Source: a virus (lineage: Duplodnaviria; Caudoviricetes). Taken from it: 64,000 nucleotides of DNA. A program made the translations under genes and the position numbers. This document shows, piece after piece, positions 8,901 through 16,907 of this stretch. The first letter of the stretch is position 1. The number at the start of each line of letters is the position of its first letter. The notes beneath the pieces were generated by a model. That model saw only the letters and a list, made by a program, of their open reading frames with translations. It was not told the DNA's origin and ran no database searches. Location of the stretch: IMG/VR virus record IMGVR_UViG_3300016657_000022, positions 1 to 64,000 of that record. One strand, written 5' to 3'.

Positions 8901-11468
8901 CTATCCTTCCAGACAGTTGAGGAGCATGTCACGGACTATGACACGCTGATTGATCCCGGACTTGCCCGTGGGCTTCGACCGAAGGATCTCCTTGATTGTT
9001 TCCCCCTCAAGGCAGTGCAGCAACTTCGCCGCAAGGATTGTCTCCATCAGCTTCAAGAAGACGGTGGACAGGGGAATGTCCTTGATGAGCTTGGTCAGCT
9101 CATCCTTCTTCTTTTCGGTGCCCCGGAGATAGTAGCAGTCGATGACACTCTGAGCGAGACGCATGACCTTCTTCTCCCGGTCAGTCCGGTTATCAACCAA
9201 ACCGAAATACTCGCTGAGATCTTTGTCTGCCCGGACGCAATCCAACCAGACGATCTTGCCGTAGAACTTCCCGTGATAGCTGATGTCCAGCCGGTGGTGG
9301 TCGAAGGCAAGGTACTCACGGATCCCAGCACTGCTGGTGTATTCCTCCACCAACTTATTGAGGAGGTAGTCCTCCCAGTCAATAGCTCCCGCCGTTTTGT
9401 AGCGTTCGTACTGGTTCTGGTTGACACACACTGCACCGGCAGAGCCGTACAGCTCGATGAACAGCCCGGTGGACTGCTTGTTGAAGCTGGTCAGCTCGAA
9501 CTCATGGTAGTCGTTCCGGCGTCCATCCTTGATGATGAACTCCGGCTTCTGGGTACGTCCGATGTTCTCTTCCGTATCCATCCGGCGATTGTGGTAGACG
9601 AACTCGCCCTTCTCGTTCTTGCCGCCCATCTCGGAGAGCTTGGGGATACCCGTCCGCTTGGGCCGGGTCGGCACGATGTTGGGGTTGGCCGCTGCACGCT
9701 CTGCCTTGTAGGCGTAGGCTTTCTCCTGCTTGACGGTGAGATCAATCAGGTGGCAGCCCTTGCGTGCGAAGAACTCCCGTGCCTCCTGCACCTTGGCAGG
9801 TGCTCGGGGGCAGACGTAGACGAGGCTGTGCTTTGTCTCGCCCAGCCAGTAGCGGGAAAGAGCCGTCTCGTCGCCGTCGCCATCGGCGGGGTCGATCTTG
9901 TTGAAGGACAGGATGACGATGTTCCGTGCGAACGGAAGCATGTCCTCCATCCCCCTTGGTTCCCACGTAGTGGCCTGCTTCAGCTTCTCCCGGTCATGGG
10001 AGTAGCTGGCCTTCTCCGAGTAGACGAACATCTTGTTCGGCTTCATCGTGTTGCCGTCTTCGCCCATGCCTTTCAGCAGGGGCCACAGCAGATCCTTGTG
10101 GAACCAAGTGGACTCGAATGTCCGCTTGCCACGACGGGACAGGCCGCCCTTCTCCTCACGGAGATAGGCACGACGGTATGCCTTCAGCAGCTTCTTGCCG
10201 GGGACGCCGCCGAAGCCTGCTTGGATGAGGGCGTTGACACGACGCACGATGTCCTTGCGTCGGAAGTCGGTGAACTCCGGGTAGGCCGAGGTGGCATACT
10301 GCCGGACGAACTGCGGGAAGCTGGTGAGGTTTGCCTCATCAGCGAAGCGGTTCTCCTGCCGACCATGGTGATAGGTCTGCCCGTTGGACAGACGTTCACG
10401 CACGAGCATGTTCGGGATACGCTTCTCGGTCAGGAACAGCTCCGAGGGAGCCAGCTCCAGCCAGCTCATGCCGATCCGTTCGTCGAGGAGCTTGTAGCAC
10501 TCGGCGGTCAGATCCTTGTCCCGGCGTTCGAGGAACGCACGCATCAGCGTCTGGATGGTAGCCAGCGTGTGCTTCTGGTTCGATAGGCTCTCACGGCTGG
10601 GCGTGACCGAGACGGTGTTCGGGGCAGCCTGAAGCACGAGGGACCACTCGTTGTTGCGGGCGTGGTAGCCAATGCCACTGGCCAGACGGGTCAGGAACTT
10701 GGTGATGTCTGCCCACTCACCGGCGTATTCGGGTGCCGACTCGATGGGGTAGATCACGTTGCCGTACCGGATGACGATGGGGCTGAAGTTCTCCAGCACC
10801 TTCTTCTTCGTGAGCATGAAGCCGTTGGTCATGTCATCGAAGGGCAGGCTGGGCAGCAGCTCACCATTCAGGGTCATCCTCATCGCACCGTTCTGGACGA
10901 TACGACGGATCAGTTCATCGAACCGTTTGCGGTCGCCGGACTTGATGGCAATCTTGACCTGAATGCCCTGCTCGTCGGTGGGCACCGTGACGATGGGGAT
11001 GATCGACGGCTTGCCGCCGACCTCTGCGTTGGACTTCGACAGACGGTAGATCGTCTTCTGCCCTGCGTGGTGGCTCGTGACCTCGAAGTCATCGACGTAT
11101 GCGAACGGAGCCTTGCAGCCCAGTCCGAAGCCGCCAGTGACGTTGCCGTTGGCAACCTTGGTCGAGCCACCATAGACACCGTAGATCGGACCCATCATGT
11201 GGGGAGCGATGCCGATGCCGAAGTCTCGGATGATGAGTTCACTGTCCGTCAACGTGATCTCCACAGCCTTGTCCGTGCAGTCCGACTCGATGTGAATGTC
11301 CCATGCGTTGCACAGGGTCTCACGGATGACGGCGAGCTTCTGGTCACTGTAGAGGGTGGACGACAGGATGTTGAAGAACTCCGGGCTGTCACTGATCCCG
11401 AAGTCGATGGCCTGTGTGCCTGCGATGGTCACGCTGGTGACGTGATCCTGAACGTGAGTTACCTGCAT
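8901..11468 (-). CDS. rIIA: rIIA-like protein (GHKL/HATPase N-terminus)
   Basis: ATG 11468 after GGAG; LYSDQKLAVIRETLCNAWD, IRDFGIGI, GGFGLGCKAPFAY. Confidence 0.92.
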   Translation of the reverse strand: MQVTHVQDHVTSVTIAGTQAIDFGISDSPEFFNILSSTLYSDQKLAVIRETLCNAWDIHIESDCTDKAVEITLTDSELIIRDFGIGIAPHMMGPIYGVYGGSTKVANGNVTGGFGLGCKAPFAYVDDFEVTSHHAGQKTIYRLSKSNAEVGGKPSIIPIVTVPTDEQGIQVKIAIKSGDRKRFDELIRRIVQNGAMRMTLNGELLPSLPFDDMTNGFMLTKKKVLENFSPIVIRYGNVIYPIESAPEYAGEWADITKFLTRLASGIGYHARNNEWSLVLQAAPNTVSVTPSRESLSNQKHTLATIQTLMRAFLERRDKDLTAECYKLLDERIGMSWLELAPSELFLTEKRIPNMLVRERLSNGQTYHHGRQENRFADEANLTSFPQFVRQYATSAYPEFTDFRRKDIVRRVNALIQAGFGGVPGKKLLKAYRRAYLREEKGGLSRRGKRTFESTWFHKDLLWPLLKGMGEDGNTMKPNKMFVYSEKASYSHDREKLKQATTWEPRGMEDMLPFARNIVILSFNKIDPADGDGDETALSRYWLGETKHSLVYVCPRAPAKVQEAREFFARKGCHLIDLTVKQEKAYAYKAERAAANPNIVPTRPKRTGIPKLSEMGGKNEKGEFVYHNRRMDTEENIGRTQKPEFIIKDGRRNDYHEFELTSFNKQSTGLFIELYGSAGAVCVNQNQYERYKTAGAIDWEDYLLNKLVEEYTSSAGIREYLAFDHHRLDISYHGKFYGKIVWLDCVRADKDLSEYFGLVDNRTDREKKVMRLAQSVIDCYYLRGTEKKKDELTKLIKDIPLSTVFLKLMETILAAKLLHCLEGETIKEILRSKPTGKSGINQRVIVRDMLLNCLEG

Positions 11469-11483
11469 GTCTGTCTCCAAAAG

Positions 11484-11690
11484 AATGAAGGGGAGCTGGA
11501 CTCACATGCTGTCCAGCCCCCCTCTAGTGCTGTTAAACCCTGCACTGGGTAGCCACCTGTTCCGACTCGGATGTGACCAGTTTCCTGCCCGCTCTACATT
11601 GCGTGGTGTGAATGACCGGGAACGCACACCTTCCACGGAGACTTCATGTCGCTTCGGTCTCACTAGACGTGCCCGGTTCCCACCGGACAA
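11484..11690 (-). ncRNA. Candidate structured leader RNA upstream of rIIA
   Basis: About 200 nt with no credible ORF and six stems read by eye (see findings). Confidence 0.35.
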
Positions 11691-11693
11691 AAA

Positions 11694-11933
11694 TCACACC
11701 GTTACGGTGCTCTCCATTTCGACGACGTGGTACTCGTCCAGCGTCGTCTGGATTTCAGCAGCGAGACGGGCGTTGGTTTCCGCCTTCTCGTCGCCGTCCT
11801 TGGTGTTCTTCGCACGATGTTGCTCGGCGTAGAACAGGAACTGGTAACGGGCCTTCTCAAGCTGACGCTTGAGATCACGGCCCTTCAGAACGATCCGACT
11901 GTTGGCAGCCAGCAGTTCAGTCACTCGATCCAT
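11694..11933 (-). CDS. Hypothetical protein
   Basis: 79 aa ORF with AGGAGAAG RBS, helical composition. Confidence 0.65.
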   Translation of the reverse strand: MDRVTELLAANSRIVLKGRDLKRQLEKARYQFLFYAEQHRAKNTKDGDEKAETNARLAAEIQTTLDEYHVVEMESTVTV

Positions 11934-12372
11934 TCTCTTCTCCTTCTGGTTCCAATGGAACCTCTTTCATATAGTCCTTTTCGTAACCGCAATTCCCGCA
12001 GGTCTTGCTATCGAAGAGGCCGGACAGTTCCCACTGCTGGGTGTCCTCATCCCAGCGAGCGGTAGCGTCGCAAGTGATGTCGTCGGAACCGCAGTTGGAG
12101 CATACGATCTTGACCGGGTTGGGCTTGCTGTCCGGCTTGATCTCTTCAGCCGTGATGCGTGCCAATGCACCTGAGGGAAACTTCACATCACGGGTGACGG
12201 TCTTGGTGCCGTTGACCTCATAGAGATCGGCACAGAAGGCCAACAGGAAAGGGCCGGTCACATTCAGGAGACGCTTCACAGTCCGGGGTCGGCCCGGAGC
12301 GTAGCGTTCCTCAACGATCCAGAAATCTCCGGTCTCCCGGTCCATCCTGATGTTCAAATTCTTCGGGTTCAT
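11917..12372 (-). CDS. Hypothetical protein with C-terminal Zn ribbon
   Basis: ATG 12372; CSNCGS...CGNCGY pairs. Confidence 0.7.
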   Translation of the reverse strand: MNPKNLNIRMDRETGDFWIVEERYAPGRPRTVKRLLNVTGPFLLAFCADLYEVNGTKTVTRDVKFPSGALARITAEEIKPDSKPNPVKIVCSNCGSDDITCDATARWDEDTQQWELSGLFDSKTCGNCGYEKDYMKEVPLEPEGEENGSSD

Positions 12373-12460
12373 GGGAGCATCCTTTGAGCCATTTGCCCAG
12401 CAGAACACCGAACAGAGTGGCTAATAAAAAATAGCCTCCCACGTATAATAAGATCTTCAT
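12311..12460 (-). CDS. 49-aa single-pass membrane peptide whose start lies in a terminator stem
   Basis: AAGGAG RBS; MKILLYVGGYFLLATLFGVLLGKWLKG...; below the ORF-track size cutoff. Confidence 0.4.
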   Translation of the reverse strand: MKILLYVGGYFLLATLFGVLLGKWLKGCSHEPEEFEHQDGPGDRRFLDR

Positions 12461-12468
12461 GGGAGGCT
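12426..12468 (-). terminator. Intrinsic terminator
   Basis: AGCCTCCCA / TGGGAGGCT stem followed by ATTTTTT on the minus strand. Confidence 0.65.
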
Positions 12469-12480
12469 CCTTGAATGTGG

Positions 12481-12590
12481 TGGGTTGCTATCCACGCGAC
12501 CAACGAGGGTCACTGATAGCAGTAAGATCAACAACCTGTGTGGGAACTCAAGTTGTTTACTCACCCTCAGCCACCGGCAGATGGCCACGT
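12481..12590 (-). ncRNA. Candidate pseudoknotted RNA element
   Basis: Crossing stems 12505-10/12563-68 and 12486-92/12515-21 plus nested stem 12530-35/12552-57. Confidence 0.4.
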
Positions 12591-12612
12591 CTTAAAACCA
12601 AAAAACAAACTG

Positions 12613-12930
12613 TCAGGTTATGCGTTGCCTTTCAAGTGATCTCTTCACTTTTAGTCCCTTTGCGGTGAGACGATAGTAAGAGAACTCTCGGGCGACAGTT
12701 GCCTTCCGGCGTTGGGTCATCTTCTCGGCAAGGTCGATGTCCTGATAATGCCAATGCAGGAACTCAGCCCCACTATGGGAGAAACGTCCTGCCTTTGACT
12801 CCTGCCACTCGGAAGTGAGCTGGAGCATCGCTCTTCTGGCACCGATGGTAATCCGGCGAGCGATGTAGTCGATGGTGCCTTCTTCATCCCCAACCAGAAT
12901 TTCGGGGATCAGGATAGATGTCATGGTCAT
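12613..12930 (-). CDS. Hypothetical protein, possible winged helix
   Basis: 105 aa; C-terminal YYRLTAKGLKV wing-like motif. Confidence 0.6.
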   Translation of the reverse strand: MTMTSILIPEILVGDEEGTIDYIARRITIGARRAMLQLTSEWQESKAGRFSHSGAEFLHWHYQDIDLAEKMTQRRKATVAREFSYYRLTAKGLKVKRSLERQRIT

Positions 12931-13406
12931 CGCCGTCGCCTACCATGGCGTTTGGTAGGGTCAAGCGCCAGATAACTGGCATCCCTGCCGTTCTGTTTGA
13001 CCGGCTTGCGGTACTCCCTTTCCTCTGGTTCCGGCAACGCCCTAAAGTCGTTGTCGCTTAGCAGATCGAAAAGCTCGGGACCGATTATCGGAGTGATGTC
13101 GTCGATGATGACCAGATCAGCCTTGAGACCCTGATAGAAGTCGCCTTCGAGGATCTTGTGGATGGTCAAGTGCCCATCCTTCTGTCCCACCAACATAGCG
13201 ACAGTTCGGGCTTCCAGCTCGCCGAAATCCATTCCCGAAATTATTGGAATTTCTGGGGAATTTTCCAAAACTGCCATAGGTTCCCGCAGATAAGTTGGGG
13301 TAGGATGCCCCATCCAACGATCCATGAAATCAATCAGGCTGTCGGACTTGATCCTGCCGGTGGGCGTTCCGGTAGGCGATGATGCACTCTCCTTCGGGGT
13401 GTCCAT
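12927..13406 (-). CDS. Hypothetical protein
   Basis: 159 aa ORF with GGAG RBS, coupled to the next gene; basic C-terminus. Confidence 0.6.
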   Translation of the reverse strand: MDTPKESASSPTGTPTGRIKSDSLIDFMDRWMGHPTPTYLREPMAVLENSPEIPIISGMDFGELEARTVAMLVGQKDGHLTIHKILEGDFYQGLKADLVIIDDITPIIGPELFDLLSDNDFRALPEPEEREYRKPVKQNGRDASYLALDPTKRHGRRRR

Positions 13407-13490
13407 GGCGAACGCACTCCTGAATTGCAGTGGCCTGACCGGGTGCGTTGCACCCGGCCTGAACCAAGAGAAGGGAAAGGACCAGCCGCC

Positions 13491-13532
13491 TCACAAGACG
13501 TACTCACCCTTGAGCTGCTTGCGATGCTGGAT
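13491..13532 (-). pseudogene. Stranded original 3' end of thyX (IQHRKQLKGEYVL*)
   Basis: Codon-for-codon paralogue of the thyX C-terminus IQFRKTLKGEYVN* at 13962-14003. Confidence 0.8.
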
Positions 13533-13972
13533 CACTTGTAATGCTCCACATAATCGGCAACACGACGTATGAGTGCTGGATCGTCTTTCAACTTACCAAT
13601 AGCATGATTGCAACAGAGCATTCCTCTGAACTTATTACTCTTATGGCAATGATCTATTGCAAGTTCTTTCCAGCGCCCATCACCAGCATTGCCGCAGATG
13701 TCACATAAACCGTTGTGCGACATAAGGTATTCTAGCAACCAATCTTCAGCGGGTATCCCTAATCGCTTTAGACGATACTTAAATCGTTTCAGTGGATCAT
13801 TGTGATACCTAGAACTCGATTGAGCATTTAATTTTTCCCGATTATTCTGTCGGTATGCTCTCATGTAATCCTTGTTGGCTTGTGCTTTTAGAGGATCAGC
13901 ATCTCGCTTTGCTCTTGCACGAGCACAAGCCGCTCGCTTATTCTCGGTTGTTTTGAATACTTTAGTTGACAT
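13532..13972 (-). CDS. Free-standing endonuclease VII-family homing endonuclease (possibly degenerate)
   Basis: AT-rich codons; CDICG...LAIDHCHKSNKFRGMLCCNHAIGKLKDD. Confidence 0.85.
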   Translation of the reverse strand: MSTKVFKTTENKRAACARARAKRDADPLKAQANKDYMRAYRQNNREKLNAQSSSRYHNDPLKRFKYRLKRLGIPAEDWLLEYLMSHNGLCDICGNAGDGRWKELAIDHCHKSNKFRGMLCCNHAIGKLKDDPALIRRVADYVEHYK

Positions 13973-14912
13973 ACTCACCTTTCAGGGTTTTCCTGAATTG
14001 TATCCAGCCGGAAAGATTGCCGTGCAGGTGGGAGTTTTCCCACTCAGGTTGCCACGACAGGTTCTTGCCGTCGCCAGCGTGACGACTCATCATTGCATCC
14101 TTCTGGTCGTACCAGTCGGGGGTGCATTGGTGCTCAGCAGGGCTGGCGTGAAGCGGCGTGCTGCCGATCAGACGATCAGCGAGCTTGCGGTCTTCCTCGA
14201 ACGTGGTCTCACGACCATCGTGGGTGAGGTAGGACACACGGGCACACCGGGCCGTCGAGATCAGCTTCAGGTGAGCGAGCTTCTCCTCGTAACGGGGTTC
14301 GTCACGGGTGATGCGGTTCACCTTGCAGTGAGTATAGGCGTCGTTCCAGTCCTGTGCCCGGCTGGCGAAGGGCAGATGCCACATGCCACGCTGGAGCATC
14401 TGGACAGGAGCAGCAGCGATGCTCTCCTTGATGCACTTGGCCAGCTCGTGGATCTCCGGCTGGGCATCTGGGTGGATACGCAAGGCGTAGAAGTTGTTCC
14501 AGCGGCTGGACGTGATGAGCGTGTTTATATGTGCCCACGGCTCAAGGATGCGGTTGCCGATCTGCTTGTGCAGGCCGATCCAGTAGAGGATCAGGGCAAA
14601 GCCGATGGCCATCCACATGGCACCGAGCCAAGCCTTCTTGGCTAGCCAGAGCTTCCAGCCGGTGAGCTGGGCACCTGCCTGCATATTGGGCTTGTTGCTG
14701 CCCCAGTAGATGGGCATCGCCGGATCACGGATGATGTTCTTGATGAGACGCATGATCGGGATGGCACGGGAGCTAGACGCATTCCGGCTGAAGTCCTTGT
14801 GGGTCATTAGCTCGGCATGGATGAAGTGAGGATAGCGAGCCATGACGGTCGCCACTTCCTTGCCGGTCTCCTGCGACTTGCTCCTGAGAATGATGGTTGC
14901 AGAGATAGTCAT
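13962..14912 (-). CDS. thyX: FAD-dependent thymidylate synthase (ThyX/Thy1-like)
   Basis: ATG 14912; RYPHFIHAELMTHKDFSRNASSSRAIP, HKQIGNRILEPW, ISTARCARVSY, PLHASPAEHQC. Confidence 0.85.
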   Translation of the reverse strand: MTISATIILRSKSQETGKEVATVMARYPHFIHAELMTHKDFSRNASSSRAIPIMRLIKNIIRDPAMPIYWGSNKPNMQAGAQLTGWKLWLAKKAWLGAMWMAIGFALILYWIGLHKQIGNRILEPWAHINTLITSSRWNNFYALRIHPDAQPEIHELAKCIKESIAAAPVQMLQRGMWHLPFASRAQDWNDAYTHCKVNRITRDEPRYEEKLAHLKLISTARCARVSYLTHDGRETTFEEDRKLADRLIGSTPLHASPAEHQCTPDWYDQKDAMMSRHAGDGKNLSWQPEWENSHLHGNLSGWIQFRKTLKGEYVN

Positions 14913-15187
14913 TTCCGGTTCCTCAGCATCTCGGTATAGGCTCTCACCTTGTCGAGTTCGGGGTGGTGGTGGATCCACATTCCAGTGGAAGGATCGAAAT
15001 GCTCACGGAAGTAAGCATCGAGATCCGGTCGGGTGGTGTCGATTGAGAAGTCAACGAGCTTACAACCTTCGTCGAACTCTTCATCAGAGATGATCGAGTC
15101 GTTGTCGATTTCATATGCGTAGGCAGCGGCTGCCAGCCTCATACGGATGAGGGTTTGTACCTCGGTCGGCGATCCCCATTCGGCCAT
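14909..15187 (-). CDS. Stand-alone protein resembling subdomain Ia of NAD-dependent DNA ligase
   Basis: AAYAYEIDNDSIISDEEFD resembles the Ia motif Y-Y-x4-P-I-S-D-x-E-Y/F-D. Confidence 0.6.
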   Translation of the reverse strand: MAEWGSPTEVQTLIRMRLAAAAYAYEIDNDSIISDEEFDEGCKLVDFSIDTTRPDLDAYFREHFDPSTGMWIHHHPELDKVRAYTEMLRNRK

Positions 15188-15504
15188 GGGTGTCCCATCC
15201 TTTCCAGTCTGTCAGCAACGACCCGGCCCATGGAAGTAACATCGTAGCAGCAGCCATAATAGCCGAGGTAGTCCTCTCTGGTCATCGTGACCAAGCGGAC
15301 AAGCTGCTTGTATTTCAGGTTCCGAAGGCAGGACCGGGTGATGTCGTAGGACAACCCGGCGTCGGTAGCTATCTCATTGACGTAGGGGTGCCACGTCGGG
15401 TGACGAACAGCGAGAAGCACGGCGGCATGATCGGGAGGGATCTCCCAGATGTGTGCCTGTATCTCGGCTTCCTCCAGCTCGAATGGCGTGGGAGGCCAGT
15501 TCAT
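15139..15504 (-). CDS. Winged-helix DNA-binding protein
   Basis: VNEIATDAGLSYDITRSCLRNLKYKQLV...YDVTSMGR. Confidence 0.65.
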   Translation of the reverse strand: MNWPPTPFELEEAEIQAHIWEIPPDHAAVLLAVRHPTWHPYVNEIATDAGLSYDITRSCLRNLKYKQLVRLVTMTREDYLGYYGCCYDVTSMGRVVADRLERMGHPWPNGDRRPRYKPSSV

Positions 15505-15854
15505 GGTTGAGCCTCCTTGGTTCGGAACAGGCCCGTGATCGGGGCCTGCTTCACGATCTCGTCGAGGCGACCGGCGACGATATTGTAGGGGAAGGGCATG
15601 TCGCCCATGTCACCCCAGATGGTCGAACGGCTGAGGTCGTCATTGATGCGAACGACCACGCCGAGGCGACGCACGAACTGCTTGTCGTAGTTGCCGTCAT
15701 GCTCGGTGCGGACCCGGAACATCGGGTTCGTGCCTTCCGGGAAGGCGGCCAGATAGCTGGCGAACAGGTCCACGACATCGACGGTGTAAAGCTCGCCCTT
15801 GGCGAGTTCAGTATAGCGGCGGGCAACCTTGGTTGCGAAGGTCTTGAACATCAT
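15501..15854 (-). CDS. 117-aa protein matching the N-terminus of a widespread ~650-700 aa phage protein (probable truncation)
   Basis: LFASYLAAFPEGTNPMFRVRTEHDGNYDKQFVRRLGVVV...STIWG...PYNIVA, as recalled from family sequences. Confidence 0.55.
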   Translation of the reverse strand: MMFKTFATKVARRYTELAKGELYTVDVVDLFASYLAAFPEGTNPMFRVRTEHDGNYDKQFVRRLGVVVRINDDLSRSTIWGDMGDMPFPYNIVAGRLDEIVKQAPITGLFRTKEAQP

Positions 15855-15889
15855 AATCTCCGGGTATGAGCCGATTGGGGAAATCCCAT

Positions 15890-15924
15890 AAAAAACGCCC
15901 CCAAGGAGAACCTTGAGGGCGTTT
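15890..15924 (-). terminator. Intrinsic terminator
   Basis: AAACGCCC...GGGCGTTT stem with U-tract on the minus strand. Confidence 0.7.
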
Positions 15925-15953
15925 CTTCATAGGACGGATTTGCCGACCGGCAA

Positions 15954-16463
15954 TTAGTGCCGGGTCGGGGCATTCAGTTCAGCACGGATCTCGTCGATCT
16001 TGGCGATGCCGACACCAGCGTTCCGCATCAGGGTGTCCTGATGGACCTGATCGAGACGCTCGAACGGCACGCCGGGGAACAGACCAGCCGCCAGTGCTTC
16101 GGCATAGCCCTGCACGCGGATCTGGTGGATGTGCTCCTGCATGTGCTCGTGGCAGGCGAGGTGATCCTTCACCCCTTGCTCGGCAGCCGCACGGGCTTCG
16201 TCACGCTCACGGGTGAGACGGGCGATCTGCTCCGACGAAAACTCGACGTAGCTGTTGAAGGCGTCTTCGTCGATGACCGAGGCTTCGGGAGCCTCTTCCG
16301 GGATCGAGAAGCTGAAGCTGGCGACGGCCTCTTCAGCATCGGGACCGGCCTGAGCGACGGCAGCAGCGATACCCTGATCGACCACTTCCTGCGGCAGCGG
16401 GGCGAGGCCCAGCTCTTCGGTCAGGAACTTGTTGAGGTCTTCGAGCGAGGTGAACATCTTCAT
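15954..16463 (-). CDS. Hypothetical acidic/coiled-coil protein
   Basis: ATG 16463 with GGAGAG RBS; phage-like codon usage. Confidence 0.7.
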   Translation of the reverse strand: MKMFTSLEDLNKFLTEELGLAPLPQEVVDQGIAAAVAQAGPDAEEAVASFSFSIPEEAPEASVIDEDAFNSYVEFSSEQIARLTRERDEARAAAEQGVKDHLACHEHMQEHIHQIRVQGYAEALAAGLFPGVPFERLDQVHQDTLMRNAGVGIAKIDEIRAELNAPTRH

Positions 16464-16489
16464 GGGAAAATCTCTCCGACACTGAGATG

Positions 16490-16522
16490 AAAATGGGGGG
16501 AGGCGTGTCAGTCTCCCCCCAT
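16490..16522 (-). terminator. Intrinsic terminator after HU
   Basis: ATGGGGGGAG / CTCCCCCCAT stem followed by TTT. Confidence 0.7.
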
Positions 16523-16545
16523 CAGCCTTGGTACGACCCGAAGGC

Positions 16546-16815
16546 TTAGAGAACGTCCTTGAGCGTCTTCGACGCCGAGAACTTGACCGCCTTGCTTGCA
16601 GCGATGGTGATCGCCGCGCCGGTGGCGGGATTGCGGCCCTCACGCTCGGGGCGGTCGTTGACCTTGAACTTGCCGAAGCCGTTGAGGCTGACTTCGTTGC
16701 CAGCGGCGAGGCTGGTCGTCAGGGCCGAGATCACAGCGTCCACGTTTTTCTTGGCATCAGCTTTCGAGGATCCGGTGATACCGGCAACGCTGTCGATCAG
16801 ATCAGAGGTGTTCAT
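16546..16815 (-). CDS. hup: HU histone-like DNA-binding protein
   Basis: EVSLNGFGKFKV...REGRNPATGAAITIAASKAVKF signature. Confidence 0.95.
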   Translation of the reverse strand: MNTSDLIDSVAGITGSSKADAKKNVDAVISALTTSLAAGNEVSLNGFGKFKVNDRPEREGRNPATGAAITIAASKAVKFSASKTLKDVL

Positions 16816-16907
16816 CTTCGATTGTCCTTTCGGATTGGTTCACAAACAAACCAAGAAAAGAACTATCAGATATCTTGGGGGGTCGTAAACCCCCAAAACA
16901 CGGGTTA

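Noticed and set aside
2348-10586. Long plus-strand ORFs (2348-4276, 5068-6225, 6885-10586)
   Set aside because: Antisense shadows of DNAP, helicase and rIIAB caused by codon bias; no RBS or motifs
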